This document shows positions 21,620-34,910 of a stretch of DNA of 64,000 nt, in pieces. This stretch comes from Balanoglossus misakiensis (Eukaryota > Animalia > Hemichordata). The number at the start of each line of letters is the position of its first letter. The first letter of the stretch is position 1. The translations under genes and the position numbers were made by a program. The notes below the pieces were generated by a model. It made no database searches, was not told where the DNA came from, and saw only the letters and a list, made by a program, of their open reading frames with translations. The stretch is taken from the NCBI GenBank assembly GCA_040954595.2, contig CM082592.2:2232001-2296000 (forward strand). Reading direction: 5' to 3'.

Positions 21620-24200
21620 ACATGCTGTGAAGATAATGGGAAACGGCTCTTTTCAAACTAAAATTTCCAGTCATACGCTGAGCAGGGAAACCCTGAAGTG
21701 TTCGCTACACGATCGTGAGCGGCCTTCGGCTACGCTCGCTAAAATACGCTGGTTATGCCAAAAATGTCTCCAAAGGGGCGCCGCTGCTACGACTGCAAGC
21801 ATCTCCAGGGATAGGGAGATGCAGTTTCAAAACTTCTGTTGGGAACTGAGTATAGAAATACTGGGAGCCAGAGATGCCGCTACAACCTGTAAGGTAAGAG
21901 TCAGTGCAAAATATGCTGTTTGGAGTTGTCCATCCCTTGTTGGGAATGATCGACACACCATTGTACTGCCTAAGGGACCGTTCAGTTTTTACGGCTGGGG
22001 GGGGGGGGCGGCGGAAAGTTTGTGTCATGGGTTTTCAACATCAGGCCGACCCCCCTTCACCCAGGACCAAAAATGATGACTCCTCTCGTTTGACAGGCCA
22101 AAAAATATGATGAACCCCTCCCCACGCCGAAAACATTCGCCGTCCTGATCCTATGTACACTGTATGCAATAAAGGGAATGAGGCTCCTCATGCCTCAATT
22201 ATAAATTTCTTAAAGTAATTGAAGTATATAATAGTATATCGTTGCAATAAAGAATGAATTATGAATAAATGAAAATAACAAGTCGATACGATAGTTGGTA
22301 TGATTGGTAAAACAATAAAAGTGGCGGGAGTGCGTGTTGGAGGGGGTGTCCCCCTCCCACATGAGAAATTTTTGCAAAATATCAAGCTCAAAGTTGCATT
22401 TAAATGAACTAAAAAAAAAGAAAAACAGCACTTCCATGAAAAGAATTTGAAACTGATGTCTTCCCTCATCAGTGGGTATTAAAACTGAACATTGTTTGTA
22501 TTTTGTAAGTATTTGTATTCTGTGTTGGCAGACATTGTAAACTGAGAAGTGAAGGGGGTGGGTTTGGGAGGGGGTGACCCCCTCCCACGTAAGAAAATGT
22601 AATAAAATACAGAGCTCATATCTGAAGTTTAATGAACCCAAAAGCAAATTAATACTACCGGTATGTTGGGGAGGACAGAATTAACCTTCCCCGCTCAAAG
22701 TTAGCATTGGGGGGGGGGGGGGACAAGTCCCCTGACCTGGGACACTAGATAACCCAGTCAATGATTGAAAGGTGTTGATGAATGAAGGGGGGTGGGTGTG
22801 GGAGGGGCTGTCCCCCTCCCACATTAGAACATTTTGTAAAATAAAGGGCGCGAAACTGCAATTTTGTGGACTCAAAAGCAAAAGTTTTGTGGCAAAAGTA
22901 TGTGACCCCCCTAAACGTTTAAAAAAAGATGACACCCCTCCTTTTGGTCTTCAAAATTTAAGTGACCCCCCCCCCCCAGGCGTAAAAACTGAACGGTCCC
23001 CAATAAAGATGATCCACCAATGGACGTCTTTGTGGAAATGCGCGGTCAAGTAAATATGGTGATGTGATGATTTGACTGAACGAAGGGTGTCCAACATACG
23101 GCTGATAAACAAATGACCTGGGCGAACACAGCTGGAAATAAAAGACAATTTGCCAATTAAAACTTGCAGTTCGCGTCTTGTGGCCTTTTTGTTGATGACC
23201 CATGTGTTCAGCAAATCCAGTAATTCGATGAGCTTATCCTCGGTGACGCTTAATGTCATGGCAACGGTGTCGACTTGTACGCCTAAAAGGAAAGACACGT
23301 TGTAGGTAAGATGGCCTTGCTTTGTGCCTCCTCCATCCCGAGCTGACTGAGCGCAGGGCGTAAAATGCACAACTTGACAGTGAGGCTTTTTCTGCGCCGC
23401 AGAAGTCATCTAGGGAAATTAACTGCCTGAAAACCTAGCTTATTGTACATTAAAATAATATCGTTTGTGGTAGCTTTGCATGCTAACGCTGCGGAGCGAA
23501 GTCCGAATGGGAGCCGTAAGTCAATAAAAAGTGACCCCCCCCCTCATGTATAACCAAGCAAGTGAAAATCGTGAGGATCTGGAAGTTGTCTATTTGCCCG
23601 CCGCAGATCGAGCTTGAAAAGGTGACACCCCGGACCTAAGGTATTGATGAAAATGGTCAATGCTGGGGTAGGTAAGGTGGTAATCATGTCTGGCCCAGGA
23701 ATGTGTCTGTCGGGATATTTGCGTTAACTGAAGATGAGGGTGGGAAGCTAAAGTCCATAATAGTACGCCTATCTGAGGTGCCCTTCTTAGGCACTGAAGA
23801 CAGGGGTGAAGTCGCTATGGGAACTGAAAGTGGTTTGGAATCAAATGGCCCAACTGTGGCACCTCTGTACAAACAAACGCATCAATATGCTGTGCGAAAA
23901 GCAGAGCTGAAACGTGATTGCGCGCGTTGGAAACAGGCAGACTTCTGAAGTTAATTCGAGAAAATCAGCAATAATGCTACATTTGAGGTTCTGTAGTCTC
24001 GCGCGTCAAGCGGGAATGTTAAGCGCTGAAGGGACTAGAATGCGAAGCCCTGCGAAGTTAATAGGAATTAGCCCAGAGTTAAAAACAGCTTTGTGGGTAC
24101 GTGTGAACCAGTCTTTGGAAATAACAGGCGTTGGTGGCCAAGTTGAAATACTCGGTGAAATCCAATGTGGAATGGGTGGAAAGCAACTTTCTAAGCTAAT
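21620..24200 (-). mobile_element. Decayed DIRS/Ngaro-type (tyrosine-recombinase class) retrotransposon, RT-RNase H region
   Basis: GPFDSKP...SPLSSVPKKGTSDRRTIMDFSFPPSSSVN; LDDF at ~23405; LGVQVDTVAMTLSVTEDKL...LQVLIGKLSFISSCVRPG..FISRML; WWIIF|..YNGVSII...FCTDSYLTGCSG. Multiple frameshifts. No recombinase ORF recognised. Confidence 0.75.
21974..23000. mobile_element. PIF/Harbinger-like MITE inserted into the DIRS/Ngaro RNase H region
   Basis: taa|gggaccgttcagtttttacg ... cgtaaaaactgaacggtccc|caa; the retroelement reading frame resumes on both sides. Confidence 0.8.
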
Positions 24201-25156
24201 ACCTTGTCCGGTAAAAGATCACAATAGAAAGTACCAACGCCAATGCAGTTGTAACATAATTATATTTTGGCACAACCTGACGTAGCTGGCGCTAGTTAAT
24301 GACGCTCTTCAACGGTTCAATTAATCTTGCCGGAGATGGCGCTAATTAATGACACACCTGGTACACCTGGGTAAACTCTTTGCTCACGCAGAGCACAGAC
24401 CATATTTATTCTGCATGGGGCGGCCGTAGTAGTCCTGTTTCATAAGTAAGGTCCAAGACATATGTACCAACATCTGTGATTGGTCGATCTGGTAATCATA
24501 GGTCCACTTGCGGCACGCTGATTGGAGGGACCTTATAGGTTAGGTCTTATTACTATGTATTATTCACTAGACCTTTTTCGCTCCAGGGATGGGGTGACTG
24601 TGCGTGAATTTTGACTTCAGGAACTGAAGCCTTCACGTACCACTAACCGGAATACAACATTGGGAAATGACGTGTGCCATGCTGAGGGACAGTGAGGAAT
24701 TCTCCGGCTTTTGGGGGACTTTCGTGCCTCTTGAGGTAGAGTAAGTTTTATAGAACTTTCTAGCAAATCCTAATATGCAAATCTATGTACGCTGTATGCA
24801 TTGCTGATAGTGGCGTGACGAGCGAAGAGGGAACTTTCTAGCAAATCCTAATATGCAAATCTATTCATGCTGCATGTTTTGCGGATAGAGGCGTGATTGA
24901 TGGACATGGAACTTTCCAGCGATTCCTCGTTTGTGGATGCTTCGGGAATTCGGACTTTGCAAGCAGAACTAAACGGAAGTTTGTGGATGCTTCGGGAATT
25001 CGGACATTGTTTGATTTTTTTACAATCCGTCATATAAACAATACAGAAAATTGCATTTTGGCTCGAAATTCGACGTAGGCATCAATTCTAAATATCCATC
25101 CCCAATTTTTCTTTTACCTGTTCAGTCGGGTGTTTTTTCTTGCGTTGAACTCACAT

Positions 25157-25636
25157 ATACTCCCGCTCTCATCTCTCTGCATTGGCTACCAGTTTGTGCC
25201 AGGATTGATTACACGATCTTGCTTCTTACATATAAGGCCATTCATGGCCTTACCCCGGAGTACATTTCTGACATGGTTAATCGATATACCCCTTCACGCA
25301 GCTTAAGGTCTCGGGAAAAGAGAACCTTCTGACAATAACACATTACAAACAAGTCAACTATGGAGGACGTGCATTTTTTTATGCTGCTCCAAAGCTCTGG
25401 AACTCACTACCTGATGACATTCGTCTAGCTACCAGTCTAGACTCTTTTAAACCCCGGTGCGTGGTATAAAAGGCCCCCCAAATCAGTTTGACTGACAACA
25501 GACAACACCAACGATCTTGGCTATATGAAAATCGGCCCTGAAACTGAAGACTCACTTGTTTAAAACAGCCTACAGTGTGTGAACAACCATCGGGCGCCAC
25601 TGAACAGTTCTCTGGATATTGGCGCCATATAAATGT

Positions 25637-25675
<39 letters not shown>
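25157..25675 (+). mobile_element. 5'-truncated L2/CR1-group LINE 3' end with (GATT)n tail
   Basis: TPALISLHWLPVCARIDY..LLLTYKAIHGLTPEY...RSLRS; YGGRAF.YAAPKLWNSLP...LKTHLF; ~90-bp insert near 25452-25540; gatt tail at 25640-25674. Confidence 0.85.
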
Positions 25676-28209
25676 ATACGAAGACAGTTGAGTTTGCTAT
25701 GATTATATTCCACCGTACATTTTCTTACGGTGATAAATAAGGTGCGTGACAAGCCCTGAAAAACGGGCATGTCCGTCCAATTATTTTACCGATGTGAGTA
25801 AGTATACCAAGATGTTCGATTTTATGTAAAGGTTATACATGGTAAGCGATGGTATTTTGTTGTGGACACAAGACTTCTCGGGTGGAAATTAGCATATTTG
25901 GCGCTTTCACTTTACTCATATGCAGCGTGTAAATGAAAGTGTGTATTTTCGTTGATTCGGGACCCTCAAAAATGACATTTGTTATACTTTCCAAGTACAG
26001 ATTTATCGTGGAGGTAGACCACGACCCGACACGGTTTGACGTTTGTGACTCGCGACGCACGTTATGTGCAACTTATTGCGAGTTCATTTTCTCTTCTACT
26101 GACTCATCCTACATGTCAACCCGGTCATAGAGAATCGACTGGTGCAAAATGACCGTACCGATGAACCCTGGCCGAACCGTTACATGGCGCATACTAGACA
26201 TGTCGGAAACCCCTTCAGTAGAACAAAATGCTTCCAAAGATTACAAAACATGTAAACAATCTCACAAATGGTCAAATTACAATAATTGCTAAATCGCGGT
26301 TGAATCACGTTAACAGTCAAACCATTTCACGCGTATTTGGTGTTACAAGGTGTTTGCCAATGTCATTTGACTGCTACTGGTATAGACCTTGAAAGCGAAC
26401 GGAAATATTCTCTGCATTATCGCTGGGTTTTGGAAAACTATCGCCCGCTGTGCCATACTTCAGCCTGCATCTTGATTTTTCGTACTAGTAGGTTGATAAT
26501 TGTATGTCTCGTAACGCAGCTTTGTACGTAGTTATTACTCTCGTGAACTGCGAGAGTTGCAATGTGCAATATACACAGAAGACGTTAAACTCTCGTGAGA
26601 TTAGGCACGATTTCAGGTGGATATCGTGTCATGCGTTGGCTATATGCGAAGTAATCGACAGTGAATGGCTAAAGCAGTACTTGAATACGTACGCTATTTT
26701 CGCCGAGAAATCAAGGTGACGGTTGAAAAACTAACCCATAGAATTAATTTTCCTTGTTTTAACGGTTGTTCGTGACATACACTGTACAAAGCACGATTGT
26801 TTCACCGCTCTGGTTTTCAATCAACATTTGCAAATGCAATCCTTCATCGCGACAGCCGGTGCATGCGCTATGTGATCCGTTGGTGCGATTCCATCTCACT
26901 TCTGTTTGGAGAGATCAATAGCACAGTTTCGTAGCGAAGATCAAGACGGCAGTTTATACTGACAAAAAATGCACGGCGCCCATGCAAGCAGGTTTATTCC
27001 ATCACTAAAACTTCTTTTGGCTGAACTATGTGCGAAAATGAAAATAAAATTAGTAGAAGTGTTTTTTCATAAATTCTCAAAACAATACATGTAGCATTGA
27101 AAGTGGCAGATTTAGACTCTCAAAATATTTACCGGAATGGCATAACAATCTAACCCTGATACAAATTAAGAAGTTTTGACAAAATTGCTATAAGAATCAC
27201 GGCTGTCATTCGCTTTATTTTGCGCAGATACAGCCCGCCCAAAATTGAAATTCCCTGATATACAATTCTTATTATGAACACGGGGTTATCGTTCTGTATT
27301 GACAACTTTGTTCCCCCGGCTTGCGCTGTTACAAGCAACTGCCTCTGTATTCGTAAAATGTTCCAACGCTCGCCATTCTCCTATCTCGGGAGCTGAACAT
27401 TTGAAAGAAATTCTCATTTGCATATGCAAATAGCCTACCCGGGTTCTCGAGTGTATCGCTTTCTGCTGCTGTCAAAAGTGGTCTCTAAACCTGAACAGCA
27501 AAAAACCAAACGTACTCCAAGTACAATACTACAAAAATCAGACTGAGGAACAGTTTTGATGGTAAAACACATTTATGCATTTTAAAATGTACTGTGTTAT
27601 GACGTCACTGCAAATGAGCGCCCTCTCGAAGCTTTACATTTAATGGTCCGTTCCCCGTACACGTTCGGGTGGGATAAACTTATATATTAGTAAATTTTCC
27701 AAAGAAACAATAACAGAAATATTGGCCCCTCAGAGGCAGCGAAATGGAAAATCCAACTTGCGAGGAATCGCGGAAATGTACGGCAGAAGTAGGCGCTTGA
27801 AATAACTCGACAATATGCGTTCAGTCGAAATAACGAGGATTTGTAACGCGGCAAAACAATGATTGTCCCTTTAATAACGTTTCATATTAATGACTGTAGA
27901 AGAACGTGTGCATTACCAAATGAATAGCTATATAATGTTCAACCTGAGAAAGCTCTTAGTAAGTGTGAACGTTCTCACACTGACCGAATCCTTAAACCAT
28001 GCCTTTTGAAAAATGTTGAAGTGATTCATGCTAGCACATGTATATGGTATGCAAAACAATAATTGTATTGTGACTGGGGATATGATTATCAAGGATGGAA
28101 TTTCTAACTGACGCATTTTCGGTATGTAGGGAAGTGAATACGTTTCTGTAAAGTGTGTACACTCCATGTTTAAAATTTCTCATAAATATTGCTTTTGTTT
28201 CTTAGCCAT

Positions 28210-28934
28210 TGTTACGACCCGCAGGCCGTCCGAGCCAAAAATACGCGGATAATAGAGAGGCCAATTTACCTGACCGGGTGGCTTGTTTTACACCCAAACC
28301 GGCCAACAGGCCGCGGCAAAAGAAATGGTCAAAGACAACACACTTACAACATACCAGTCTATTTACGGTGTTAATTTAATTGCAGATACGAGTAGTATTC
28401 ACAATATGTTAAATAATATTTACAATAAACTACAAACTAAACTCGAGCGTGACCAGGTGACCAAACTAAATTCCTAACCAGTTCAAAGTTTAATAAACAG
28501 TTCGGTGACTCGACGCAAGACGATTCTGGCCTTTCTGTCAGTTTTACGCCAATGTTCAAAAGACAGCCACGTATTACCTCAAATGCAGTTCCACGGTGAC
28601 CCGGAAACGCGCTCCCTCAGGACGGCTCCCAAATTCCACGCGGCGTCCTCGGAAACATCCACCACGGCTTCACCAAGTCCCTTCGGCAGTGTCAATCCTC
28701 AGCTACCACAGTAGACAGGCAAACTCCGTACGGTGGGCTCCCAAACTCCGCGACAATACGACAGCACAGCTACCGGACCAGAATCAAATGAGCCACACGA
28801 CAACGTGGCACTGGGTGCATGGCTTTTTATACGAGCAAAAATAATTAACACCTGGTCACGCTTATATGTTAAATAAAGCAATCAACATAGGTGCACCTGG
28901 CCACGAAACAAAACAAACAATAAACTTCACCACA
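28210..28934 (-). repeat. 3' LTR
   Basis: tgttacgacccgcagg...cttcaccaca; homologous to 32778-33174; adjoins a polypurine tract. Confidence 0.85.
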
Positions 28935-29058
28935 CCTCCCCTTCAAAAGAAAGAAAAACGTTACAAAGTGACGTTTTTTTCAACAGGAAAATATATTCTT
29001 GTACAGTTATTCTGTACGCTACTCATATTCACAAAATACAGACTATGCAATTCAGTAT

Positions 29059-32000
29059 TTAGGTTCTTGAAAGAAGATCAGCAATTACATTATCTCTACC
29101 GGAAATATGTACTACCTGAAGTGAGTAAGGCAGTAATAACAAGCTCCATCGAAATAAACGTCGACTCTTAGTTTTAAATTTCTCCAGGAATACAAGTGGA
29201 TTGTGATCTGTGTACACAACGACATCGTCTATTCCATTGGTGACACAAATTTCAAAGTGCTGCAAGGCTAAAACTAGACTTAAAGCCTCTTTTTCGATTG
29301 TGGAATAATTATTTTGGTGTACACTTGATTTTCTGGAGAAGTAACCAACCGGATGTTCAATGCCATAGTCTTCATCCTGTAATAACACAGAGCCAACAGC
29401 AACATCACTGGCATCGACAGCTAATTTAAATGGTTTAGTGAAATCCGGGGTTACCAACACAGGATTATTGATCAAAAGAGCTTTGAGGTTTTCAAAAGCA
29501 TCCTGACAGGAGTCGGACCACTTAAATTTTGCATTTTTTCAGGAGGTCGGTAAGTGGGGCCACAATGGTACTGTAGTTAGCACAATATTTCCTATAAAAT
29601 CCAGTCATCCCCAAGAACCTCATAAGTTATCGCTTTGTACTGGGAGGAGGAATTTGAACTATGGCCTGAACTTTGCACTGCTGCGGCGCCACTTTACTAT
29701 ACCGTTTCCTATGTTATGTTCAAGATAAGTAACTTAGGCTTAGGTCAATTCACTTTCCTGCAAATTTATTACGAGACCAGCATCTTCAAGTTTATTAAAT
29801 ATTACAGATAAGTTATTCATATGATCATCCCATGCCATACTGTATATCAAAAGATCATGAAGATATCCTGCACAAAAATTCAAACCAACTAAGACTTCAT
29901 TCATTAATCGTTGGAAAGTAGCGGGGGCGTTTTTCAGGCCAAAGGGCCTGACCCTAAATTGCTATAACCCATCCGGTGTGACAAATGCAGAGATTTCTTT
30001 GGCTCTATCCGATAATGGTACCTGCCAGTAACCTTTCTGAAAATCTATTTTGGTTACTTTGGTAGACTTCCCAATTTTTTTACACAATCCTCAATATGTG
30101 GTAAAGGGTAGGAATCTGTACGGGTCACGACTTCACAGAATCTTAAACTTCCATCTCCCTTTGGTACAAGTATAATAGGGGAACTCCAACTGCTTTCACT
30201 TGGTTCGATTAATTTGTGTTACAACATATATTCAAACTCTTTTCTTACTTCTGCTAATTTAATGGGATTTGCTCTATAAGGGTGTTGTTTAATTGGCATT
30301 GCGTGGCCAACGTCAATATCATGTGTAGTAAGTGAAGTGCAACCAGGTTCATCAGAAAAGGTAGATTGGTGCTGGTTAATTAGACCAATGACGTCATTTA
30401 GTTTACTCTCGGGTAAATGTGAAAGTTTGGATGGTAAATCAGCTAAAACTTCTGAATTTGACAACTTCATCTTTTTGGATTCTACTTGTGGTAGTTGAGA
30501 TTCAATCTCGTGGATTTCATCTGCTACAACTGTGGCGCACTCTGACTGACAAATAGACTCACCATCTGTACAGTAATAACGTTTGAGCATAATAACGTGA
30601 CATACTGTACGGGTGTTGCGTCGATCAGGAGTGATTACGACGTAGTTGACGTCAATAAATTTCTTCTCCACTTGATATGGATCACTGAACTTAACGGACA
30701 AAGGATCGCCCCTTATTTTTTAGCAAAACTAACACATTATCACCTGGTTCAAAATGCCGTTCTTTACTGGATTTATCATAATGGGATTTCATGGCCAAAT
30801 TTTCAGTTTCGTCCATGACTTTAGGTTCAGATGTTACCAGAGGAGAAGGATACACCTTAATTCCGGTCAAATCATTTCCAAGGAGAAAATCAACACCTTC
30901 AATGGGCAAATTTGAAACAATGTCTACAGTCACAGGTCCAGAAACTAGCTCAGACTTGAAATGGACATTACACAAGGGCATGGATATAAAATGACCATCA
31001 GTAGCTCTGATCAAAATACTTGAATTAACAGGAATGTCAGACATTTTAGGCAAGATATTGGACAACATCAAAGATTGGGCAGCTCCAGTGTCCCTAAGGA
31101 TAAGCACTGGTTTATTTTCATCCCCTGTAGTGGATCTAACTTCTCCCTTAAATATGAAATCTTTATAACTTTCAGGTACAGATTTATCATGGTGAACAAC
31201 AGGTGGTTTAGCAGTAATAGATGGAGAGGTTTGCGCCCGTTTATACTGACTATTTGGGGAGGGTTGCGCCCGTTTATACTGACTATTATTCAAAACTGTA
31301 CGCTTAGCAGCTGTATTAATGAATGCAATGGGTTTGGAGGAAGATGCTTGTTTTTGGTCTCTTTGCAATAGAAAACAATTTGATTTGACATGTCCCTGCT
31401 TTCCACAATGGTAACAAATAGGTCCTTACCAAATGAATTTTGACCCCGTTTAGTTCCATTGTTGGTAGATTTCCCTGATTTTACAGAATGACTATCATTA
31501 CTATATGTCTCTCGAGTTTCTGCTTTTGATTACTCTCTTTAGTCCATCTATGATTATACGGAGTGTTAAATTTTCTGTGTGTTAATTCATAATCATCTGC
31601 AATCACTGCTGCTTGTTTCAAATCAAAAACGTTATGTCCATTCAAATGGGTGTTAATATCAAGGGGAACACTATTTTTAAATTCTTCCATTAGAATAAGC
31701 TTTCTCAAGTTATCAAATGATTCTCCTTCTGAAGAGATCGATACCACCTATCAAAAATGAGCTCTTTCTCTCTCGCAAAGTCAACATATGTCTGCCTGGA
31801 TTGTCGTTTCAAATTGCAAAATTTCTGTCGATAGGCTTCTGGTACCAACTCGTACGCTGATAAGATTGTTTTCTTGACCAATTGATAGTCTTGGGATTCT
31901 TTATCAGATAGAGGCGAGAAAACTTCCTGAGCTTTACCAACGAGTTCACTTTGCAATAAGGTGGTCCAGTACTCAGCTGGCCATTTAAGACGATTCGCTA

Positions 32001-32319
32001 TGAAATAAGTTTCCACCTCGCTCTCAGAAAATTTAGGCACTAATTTGATAAACTTTCTGACGTCAAACTCATTTTGGATACGCACACTCTCCTGCAAATT
32101 TAATTCAAGCTCCATTTTTTTAATATCATATTGCTCTCTTTCTCTATCCCTTTCTGCTTGCAAAATTCTTAATCTTTCCCTACACAGCTCTTGTTGTCTT
32201 TTTAATTCCAATTTAGCCAATTCTATATCCCGTGTTACGCCCGTTTGAAGCTCGGTCCCATCATCAGAATTTTCCAAGTCTAAGTCAATAGCTATAGCTT
32301 TAATTATATCTATATCCAT
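29059..32319 (-). pseudogene. gag-pol of the Gmr1-like element (frameshifted, integrase core missing)
   Basis: ORF pieces 31705-32319, 31481-31747, 30691-31368, 30219-30701 and 29059-29475, with RT fragments between them. Confidence 0.9.
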
Positions 32320-32365
32320 ATCTATATCTATCTATGTACAAACAACCAAAAGTATATATACAATT

Positions 32366-32651
32366 TTATATTATACCAGTATATTGATGGTGTAAATCAC
32401 GCTATTTGATTGGTCGAGACACGACACGTGACCGTGATATATTAGCCATATACCACAGTCATATATCATAGTCAAAGAAAATGCCTTTTTAAAATGTTTT
32501 ATGCAAAGTTTCAATATACTGGCATAATAAAATAGCACTCGATTTTGACCAGTTCAACTCCATATACGCACTCGCTATCGCTCGTGCGTATATGTCGTGA
32601 ACTGGTCAAAATCTCGTGGTATACCATGGCTGGGGGTGTTTTATTGCTTAA
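32366..32651. mobile_element. Hairpin-ended non-autonomous element (Crypton-like by appearance) inserted in the gag 5' region
   Basis: Reverse complement of 47705-48016; one hairpin arm is partly deleted here. Confidence 0.65.
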
Positions 32652-32757
32652 GTATACGTCTCTGCGTTGACCATCGAGCTACAATATGCTAAAAATTGAA
32701 TGTGAAATATTTATCCCAGGGATGGGGGAAGGAAAACTCAAATGAGTATTCGATCCG

Positions 32758-32774
32758 ACCCCGGACAAGCCCCA
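32758..32774 (-). promoter_or_regulatory. Primer-binding site complementary to the tRNA-Pro 3' end
   Basis: Minus strand reads TGGGGCTTGTCCGGGGT 3 nt after the LTR, close to the tRNA-Pro PBS TGGGGGCTCGTCCGGGAT. Confidence 0.75.
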
Positions 32775-32777
32775 ATT

Positions 32778-33174
32778 TGTTACGACCCGCAGGCCGTCAT
32801 ACGCGGATAATAGAGAGGCCAATTTACCTGACCGAGTGGCTTGTTTTACATCCAAACAGGCCAACAGGCCGCAGCAAAAGAAATGGTCAAAGACAGCACA
32901 CGTACAACATACCGGTCTATTTACAGTGTTAATATATTACAGTGTTAATATAATATTCACAATATGTTCAATAATATTTACAATAAAACTACACACTAAA
33001 CTCGAGCGTGACAAGGTGACCAAACAAAATTCCTAACCAGTTCAAAGTCTAATAAACAGTTCGGTGACTCGACGCACGTCGATACTGGCCTTTCACTCGA
33101 CGCACAGCAATTCTGGCCTTTCTTTCCGTTTTACGCCAGAGTGTGCAAAAGACAGCCTCGTATTACCTCAAATC
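32778..33174 (-). repeat. 5' LTR (truncated)
   Basis: Same tgttacgacccgcaggccgtc start; homology lost after gtattacctcaaat. Confidence 0.85.
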
Positions 33175-33179
33175 TGTGA

Positions 33180-34910
33180 CTACTATACCTTACATGGATT
33201 GGAAACGACGCATATCGAACATTTATGTCTGTCTCGGATATTGTTATGCAAGTGATGCGGAAGTACACCTTGATAGCGTAATTGATGATTATAGCAACTG
33301 TGAAGAGGGAGTTTGCGAAAACGGCGACGATTTCCTAGAGCCGCGTACAAGTTGCGGGCCTACGTCTAGTACGTCCATTTCTGACGGCGACAGAAGCAAG
33401 AAAACAACTGTTAATTTCGTGTGTCCCCTTTGTGGCCGGTAATATAGGTCCACCACGGGGTTCAGAGGGCACGTTAAAGCAAAGCACAACCGACCAGAAT
33501 TGAAAGGTAAGGGGAATTTCAGTGAATTTCCGTTTAGCTTGAATTTGGAGGTTGATCGGTCTTTCTGTAGGCCTACGTAAGCTTACATCGTATGTAGTTT
33601 GGTCGTTGAAAAGTCGCAATTCTGGAAAGGGTTGTGTTAGCTGCTTTCATCGTTTGCAGTAGACATTTGAATACACGTTTTTGATGCATGTTACTAGAAA
33701 TTTAGTTTATTTATATTGTCGAATTAGTTTGCCGAGTGACATACCCGTGGTTGTATGAAAAGCGTAGTTGCATTTCATAACATCCCATCATGACAGAACT
33801 GTGGTTAAATTACAGTTGCATTTCATCATGCTGAAATCCCACGGACATGGAAGTTTCATTTCCACCGCCACGCGTACTACTAGACTATCGTGCTTAAATT
33901 ATTTGGCGTGATTCTTTGATATGATTACTGGCACCGTTTTCTCTGGAAACACTTTAAAATTCACTCGAATGGTAGGCCCTATTAGCAGGTTGCCAAAGTA
34001 TGAAAATCACAGCGCCTAAGTTTGTATTGGCACTGGAACATGTTTCGGTCGTTAACGACGCATGAATCACAGGAAAAGTTTGATACAGTGCATCAACTAC
34101 ACAGTTAAAACGGTATTGCAGTGGTGATTAACTCAGGGAAGTGGGCGAGCACGTCTCAGATCTGAACATTGTTGCTACCTCACTAGTGCACAGTTTACAT
34201 GGTTGAACTGTCTCTGATAGCACATTCTTTTGCATTTATTTACAGCATACGATCATAGGAGTTTACAGGGTGAAGCGGCATCAGGAAAACCAGGTCTCTG
34301 GTCCTCCCTTGAGACATTTCAAAACCACATAAAATGCGGCACAGCAGAGGCACTTTCTTCCATGGCAGACGATGATTTCTTTGCACACAGTACTACCATC
34401 ACAGGGCGTGTTAACCAAGCAAAATATTATGAACTCAGTGATGTCAGTGACTTTCTCTCAAACGAACTATATCCGATATTTAGTGAAGTAGGATCTGGCA
34501 GCAGTTTGTCAACGGATTATAAACATTTTTTTTCAAAGTATCATGGAAAGAGCTGCGACTCGTCTTTCACTGCCAGTATTGCAGAAAAGCTATTTGGCCA
34601 TAATATTCCTTTTTCACATGCCCGACCATACTGTAAGTTTTTTTGTTGCGAAAAATGATTGATTACACAATAAGCAAAAAAACGGGAATCCATGACTAGA
34701 GACATAGCAGACCACAGTTCATTACTCAGTCAGCATGATCAAGAAATTTTGGTTTACATTTCAGGCTTAATCATTCACTCCCTTCAAAAGAAATTCTGGC
34801 ATTCACAAATTGAGTTAGTTAAGTTGACAAACAAAGACACACAGGGATACAGGGCATGGTTGGAAAAGAGTGACAGGGGAGGGTTGCAATACCCCTCAAA
34901 TGATTTTTAG
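33180..34910 (+). pseudogene. Decayed spliced transposon-related gene (C2H2-like finger; C-terminal YIxG...DRGGL.YPS motif as in P/THAP9-like transposase tails)
   Basis: FVCPLCGR*YRSTTGFRGHVKAKH followed by a GT donor at ~33507; EILVYISGLIIHSLQKK...WLEKSDRGGLQYPS, cut off by the insertion at 34908. Confidence 0.45.

Larger units (their letters stand above)
28210..33174 (-). mobile_element. Gmr1-like Ty3/Gypsy LTR retrotransposon (gag-PR-[INT]-RT-RH), degenerate
   Basis: 3' LTR 28210-28934 (TG...CA) preceded by PPT aaggggagg. Truncated 5' LTR 32778-33174. PBS tggggcttgtccgggg. Gag with CYHCGKQGHVKSNC, protease LRDTGA, GPY/F module, RT (YLHD), RNase H (VDASD...TDHNPL...ADLLSR). Confidence 0.9.

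Noticed and set aside
25680-28200. Many short ORFs in mixed CpG-containing sequence
   Set aside because: No domain or termini could be assigned; probably old repeat debris.
32758-32774. tRNA-Pro gene
   Set aside because: Only a ~17-nt match adjacent to the LTR, i.e. a primer-binding site; no cloverleaf.
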